DNA of 64,000 nucleotides, from the NCBI GenBank assembly GCA_020137815.1, contig CM035353.1:8246001-8310000 (forward strand), given 5' to 3'. The notes beneath the pieces were generated by a model, which was given only the letters and a program-made list of their open reading frames with translations, was not told the DNA's origin and did no database searches. The DNA comes from Hormiphora californensis. Lineage: Eukaryota; Animalia; Ctenophora. Below, one piece after another: positions 59,839 to 64,000 of this stretch (within the stretch, counting starts at the first letter, position 1; every line of letters begins with the position of its first letter). A program made the translations under genes and the position numbers.

Positions 59839-62800
59839 TTAGGCATCAGTTTTGCGTTTTGCTTTGATGTTCTTGGGACAGTGTGAGGAAAGGATGAGAG
59901 ACAGCTCTGTTCGTTTGAAATCCTTGTAGTTGAATATCTGCAAATAAAGGTAAAATATTATTATTTGGGAGCTCAGTTTTAAACGATTTTGTCGTGTCGT
60001 GTCGCGCCAGAAACAATTACTCTTATCTTAGTGATAGTCTTACAAATGTTATATAACTCCCAGCCACTAAAACATGTCAGCGATGGGTAAAAGAATTGAG
60101 AGGCTAAGGTAAATCATGTCAATGTCAAGTTCTTGTTTGTCGTTGTCAGTTGTCTTTGTCATGACGTCATCTTCTGTTCTCTTTGTCACAATCTAGAAGG
60201 AATTGAGATGTTCGTACTGTTCATATATTGAATAATCATTACCAGGGTGTGAACTGCATGTCGTGTTTGCTAGTCGCGAGCGCGCTCGCGAGACAAGCAA
60301 ACACGTCAAGGTTCATTAACAAGCATGCTGCTCAGTCATTTTAGATTTAATATACAATGTAAGGATACCATGTAATAGGTGAGACTCTTGCCGTCACCCT
60401 CGTTCAAGTCCCGTGAAAAACGGAGCAGTACACGCAAACTGATGCCCATTTTCCTCGCGTGACCCCGATTCAGCAGTTTGAGACACCAACTCTTTAGGGG
60501 GCCATATCTCAGGAACCAGACAAGATAGGAAAAATCGCCGTCTAACGAGGCGTACAGTTTTTAATCTAGTTTACCACTGTACCGGCCGTTTCACTCTCCG
60601 ACCTAAAACAAAAATCGCAACCCCACAAAACTTCAAAATAATGAAATTCGCATCTCGCATGTCGTGTTGCATGTCGTGTTGCAAGTCGTGTCATGTTATT
60701 GACGCGCTCGCGTTCAACTCTCACACAGCAGCTGCAGAACATGGCGGGAAACATCGAGGAGTAGAGAGAGGGTCGGTGCCGAATCAAATATTTCTTGATC
60801 TTGATCTACTCCATCTCTCAGCTATCCTACCCCTCATCAACTCGATCTCTCAGCTACCCTACCCCTCATCTACTCCATCTTTCAGCTACCCTACCCCTCA
60901 TCTACTCCATCTTTCAGCTACCCAACCCCTTATCTAGTCCATCTCTCAGCTACCCTACTCCTCATCTACTCCATCTCTCAGCTTCCCTATTAGGAAGCAT
61001 AGAGATGGAAACGATTAGGGGTAGGGAATCCCTATCCATAATCGTTTCCATCTCTATGCTTCCCTAGCCCTCATCAACTCCATCTTTCAGCTACCCTACC
61101 CCTAATCTAGTCCATCTCTCCGCTACCCTACTCCTCATCTACTCCATCTCTCAGCTACCCTACCTCCCATTTACTCCATCTCTCAGCTACCCTACCTCCC
61201 ATTTACTCCATCTCTCAGCTTCCCTACCTCCCATTTACTCCATCTCTCAGCTTACCTACCTCCCATTTACTCCATATCTCAGCTTCCCTACCTGCCATTT
61301 ACTCCATCTCTCAGATACCCTACCTCCCATTTACTCCATCTCTCAGCTTACCTACCTCCCATTTACTCCATCTCTCAGCTACCCTACCTCCCATTTACTC
61401 CATCTCTCAGCTTCCCTACCTCCCATTTACTCCATCTCTCAGCTACCCTACCTCCCATTTACTCCATCTCTCAGCTACCCTACCTCCCATTTACTCCATC
61501 TCTCAGCTTACTTACCTCCCATTTACTCCATCTCTCAGCTTCCATACCTCCCATTTACTCCATCCCTCAGCTTCCCTACCTGCCATTTACTCCATCTCTC
61601 AGCTACCCTACCACCCATTTACTCCATCTCTCAGCTTTCCTACCTCCCATTTACTCCATCTCTCAGCTTCCCTACCTCCCATTTACTCCATCTCTCAGGG
61701 GTAGGAATGTTAGGATAAATGAGAGATGGAGTAAATGGGAGGTAAGGAAGCTGAGAGATGGAGTAAATGGGAGGTAGGGAAGCTGAGAGATGGAGTAAAT
61801 GGGAGGTAGGGCAGCTGAGAGATGGAGTAAATGGGAGGTAGGGAAGCTGAGAGATGGAGTATTTATGGGAGGTAAGGAAGCTGAGAGATGGAGTAAATGG
61901 GAGGTAGGGAAGCTGAGAGATGGAGTAAATGAGGGGTACGGAAGCTGAGAGATGGAGTAAATGAGAGGTAGGGAAGGTAAGAGATGGAGTAAATGGGAGG
62001 TAGGGAAGCTGAGAGATGGAGTAAATGGGAGGTAGGGTAGCTGAGTAGGGAAGCTGGGAGATGAAGTAAATGGGAGGTAGGGTAGCTGAGAGATGGAGTA
62101 AATGGGAGGTAGGGAAGCTGAGAGATGGAGTAAATGGGAGGTAGGGAAGCTGAGAGATGGAGTAAATGGGAGGTAGGGAAGCTGAGAGATGAAGTAAATG
62201 GGAGGTAGGGTAGCTGAGAGATGGAGTAAATGGGAGGTAGGGAAGCTGAGAGATGGAGTAAATGGGAGGTAGGGAAGCTGAGGGATGGAGTAAATGGGAG
62301 GTAGGGAAGCTGAGAGATGGAGTAAATGGGAGATAGGGAAGCTGAGAGATGGAGTAAATGGGAGGTACGGTAGCTGAGAGATGGAGTGAATGGGAGGTAG
62401 GGTAGCTGAGAGATGGAGTGAATGGGAGGTAGGGAAGCTGAGAGATGGAGTAAATGGGAGGTAGGTAAGCTGAGAGATGGAGTAAATGGGAGGTAGGGTA
62501 TCTGAGAGATGGAGTAAATGGCAGGTAGGGAAGCTGAGATATGGAGTAAATGGGAGGTAGGTAAGCTGAGAGATGGAGTAAATGGGAGGTAGGGAAGCTG
62601 AGAGATGGAGTAAATGGGAGGTAGGGTAGCTGAGAGATCGAGTAGATGAGGAGTAGGGTAGCTGAGAGATGGACTAGATAAGGGGTTGGGTAGTTGAAAG
62701 ATGGAGTAGATGAGGGGTAGGGTAGCTGAAAGATGGAGTAGATGAGGGGTAGGGTAGCTGAGAGATCGAGTTGATGAGGGGTAGGATAGCTGAGAGATGG

Positions 62801-63909
62801 AGTAGATCAAGATCAAGAAATATTTGATTCGGCACCGACCCTCTCTCTACTCCTCGATGTTTCCCGCCATGTTCTGCAGCTGCTGTGTGAGAGTTGAACG
62901 CGAGCGCGTCAATAACATGACACGACATGCAACACGACATGCAACACGACATGCGAGATGCGAATTTCATTATTTTGAAGTTTTGTGGGGTTGCGATTTT
63001 TGTTTTAGGTCGGAGAGTGAAACGGCCGGTACAGTGGTAAACTAGATTAAAAACTGTACGCCTCGTTAGACGGCGATTTTTCCTATCTTGTCTGGTTCCT
63101 GAAATATGGCCCCCTAAAGAGTTGGTGTCTCAAACTGCTGAATCGGGGTCACGCGAGGAAAATGGGCATCAGTTTGCGTGTACTGCTCCGTTTTTCACGG
63201 GACTTGAACGAGGGTGACGGCAAGAGTCTCACCTATTACATGGTATCCTTACATTGTGTATTAAATCTAAAATGACTGAGCAGCATGCTTGTTAATGAAC
63301 CTTGACGTGTTTGCTTGTCTCGCAAGTGCGCTCGCGACTAGCAAACACGACATGCAGTTCACACCCTGATTACATACAATGTTCATTCATTTTGAAGAAA
63401 TCAGCAGGAAAATTTTCAGTTTGTCCTAATGTCAATTCCGAGAACGAATAACTAAATGAAAATGTCACTGTAAAAACACAGTAACATGTCACTGTACTGT
63501 AAAAACACAGTAAAATTACCTGAACAAGTCTGGCACAAATGTTTGATATTTCTTTGTCTGTTAGTTTCCTCTGTTTGCTAGTCTTGGAGAGGTCCGAAAC
63601 AAATTTAGGGAGCTGTTTGACAGTCATTATACCGGTTCCTTCTTTATCCAAGCTGTCAAACACCCTGAGAGGGGAGAGGAAGTTGTCAAACACCCTAAGG
63701 AGAAGAGGGAAAGTGAAGGGGCGAGGATACTTGTTAATTTGCCCTAATTTGGGTTCCTAATTCAATCCAGGCGGGGAGGTTGGATTGAATTGAGTTGGTT
63801 GGCAACCTGTCGAAGTTTTCCTTCGTAAAGCGCTTCCTCAGTTTCAAGGCATTGTGAAACTTCTCTTCAACAGGGAATATAGACGCCATCTCATCAAGTT
63901 CTATCACTC
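59839..63909 (-). CDS. 3' exons of a calbindin/calretinin/secretagogin-like EF-hand protein (5' part beyond the window)
   Basis: Exons 63807-63909 (GVIELDEMASIFPVEEKF), 63520-63664 (FDRVFDSLDKEGTG..FVSDL), and probable last exon 59839-59937 (FKRTELSLIL..TAA overlapping AATAAA). Confidence 0.65.
60243..63368. mobile_element. 3.1-kb foldback element with CAGGG termini, 5-bp TSD, ~550-bp unique TIRs and inverted 30-bp tandem arrays
   Basis: cagggtgtgaactgcatg ... catgcagttcacaccctg, with attac on both sides. Unit tactccatctctcagctWccctacctcccatt flips orientation at ~61700. Confidence 0.92.
60990..61067. mobile_element. Small hairpin MITE inserted in the left arm of the foldback only
   Basis: ggaagcatagagatggaaacgatta ... 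taatcgtttccatctctatgcttcc; absent from the right arm. Confidence 0.65.
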
Positions 63910-64000
63910 CTGAAAACATGATCAACATGAATAATAGGGTTCCTTAAAGTTCCACTCAAATACTTCATCTCTAAAAGTAAAAGATCTCTGCCCTGCAGGT

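Noticed and set aside
61863-63045. 317-aa and mirrored ORFs in the foldback
   Set aside because: Repeat-derived, with no transposase motifs.

Overview
Gene-dense eukaryotic (animal) DNA with short GT-AG introns, CT microsatellites and many palindromic non-autonomous transposons. The style suggests a compact early-branching animal such as a ctenophore (inference only). Plus strand: the 3' part of a YTHDC2-like gene (24 exons in the window), whose 7-kb intron holds nested elements and a same-strand F-type-lectin-like gene. Minus strand: ABTB2/BTBD11-like, HACE1, a SAND-domain gene, TTLL3/8, a tight five-gene array (RPS10, NAA50-like, RPS26, SELENOW2-like selenoprotein with UGA and SECIS, ALG10), and the 3' end of a calbindin/secretagogin-like gene. 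Highlights: (1) three otherwise intact genes (ALG10, SAND, TTLL3) are each broken by an in-frame TAA/TAG, and skipping its T reopens the frame, a candidate Euplotes-like +1 frameshifting system (assembly error not excluded); (2) an operon-like array with apparently unpaired splice acceptors, suggesting SL trans-splicing; (3) a U85-like composite C/D-H/ACA scaRNA in an RPS10 intron; (4) YTHDC2 with degenerate helicase motifs and an incomplete m6A cage; (5) repeated duplication of splice junctions, including about 18 copies of one acceptor. Region ~34.4-39.6 kb looks like low-accuracy assembly. Exon coordinates were derived by hand.
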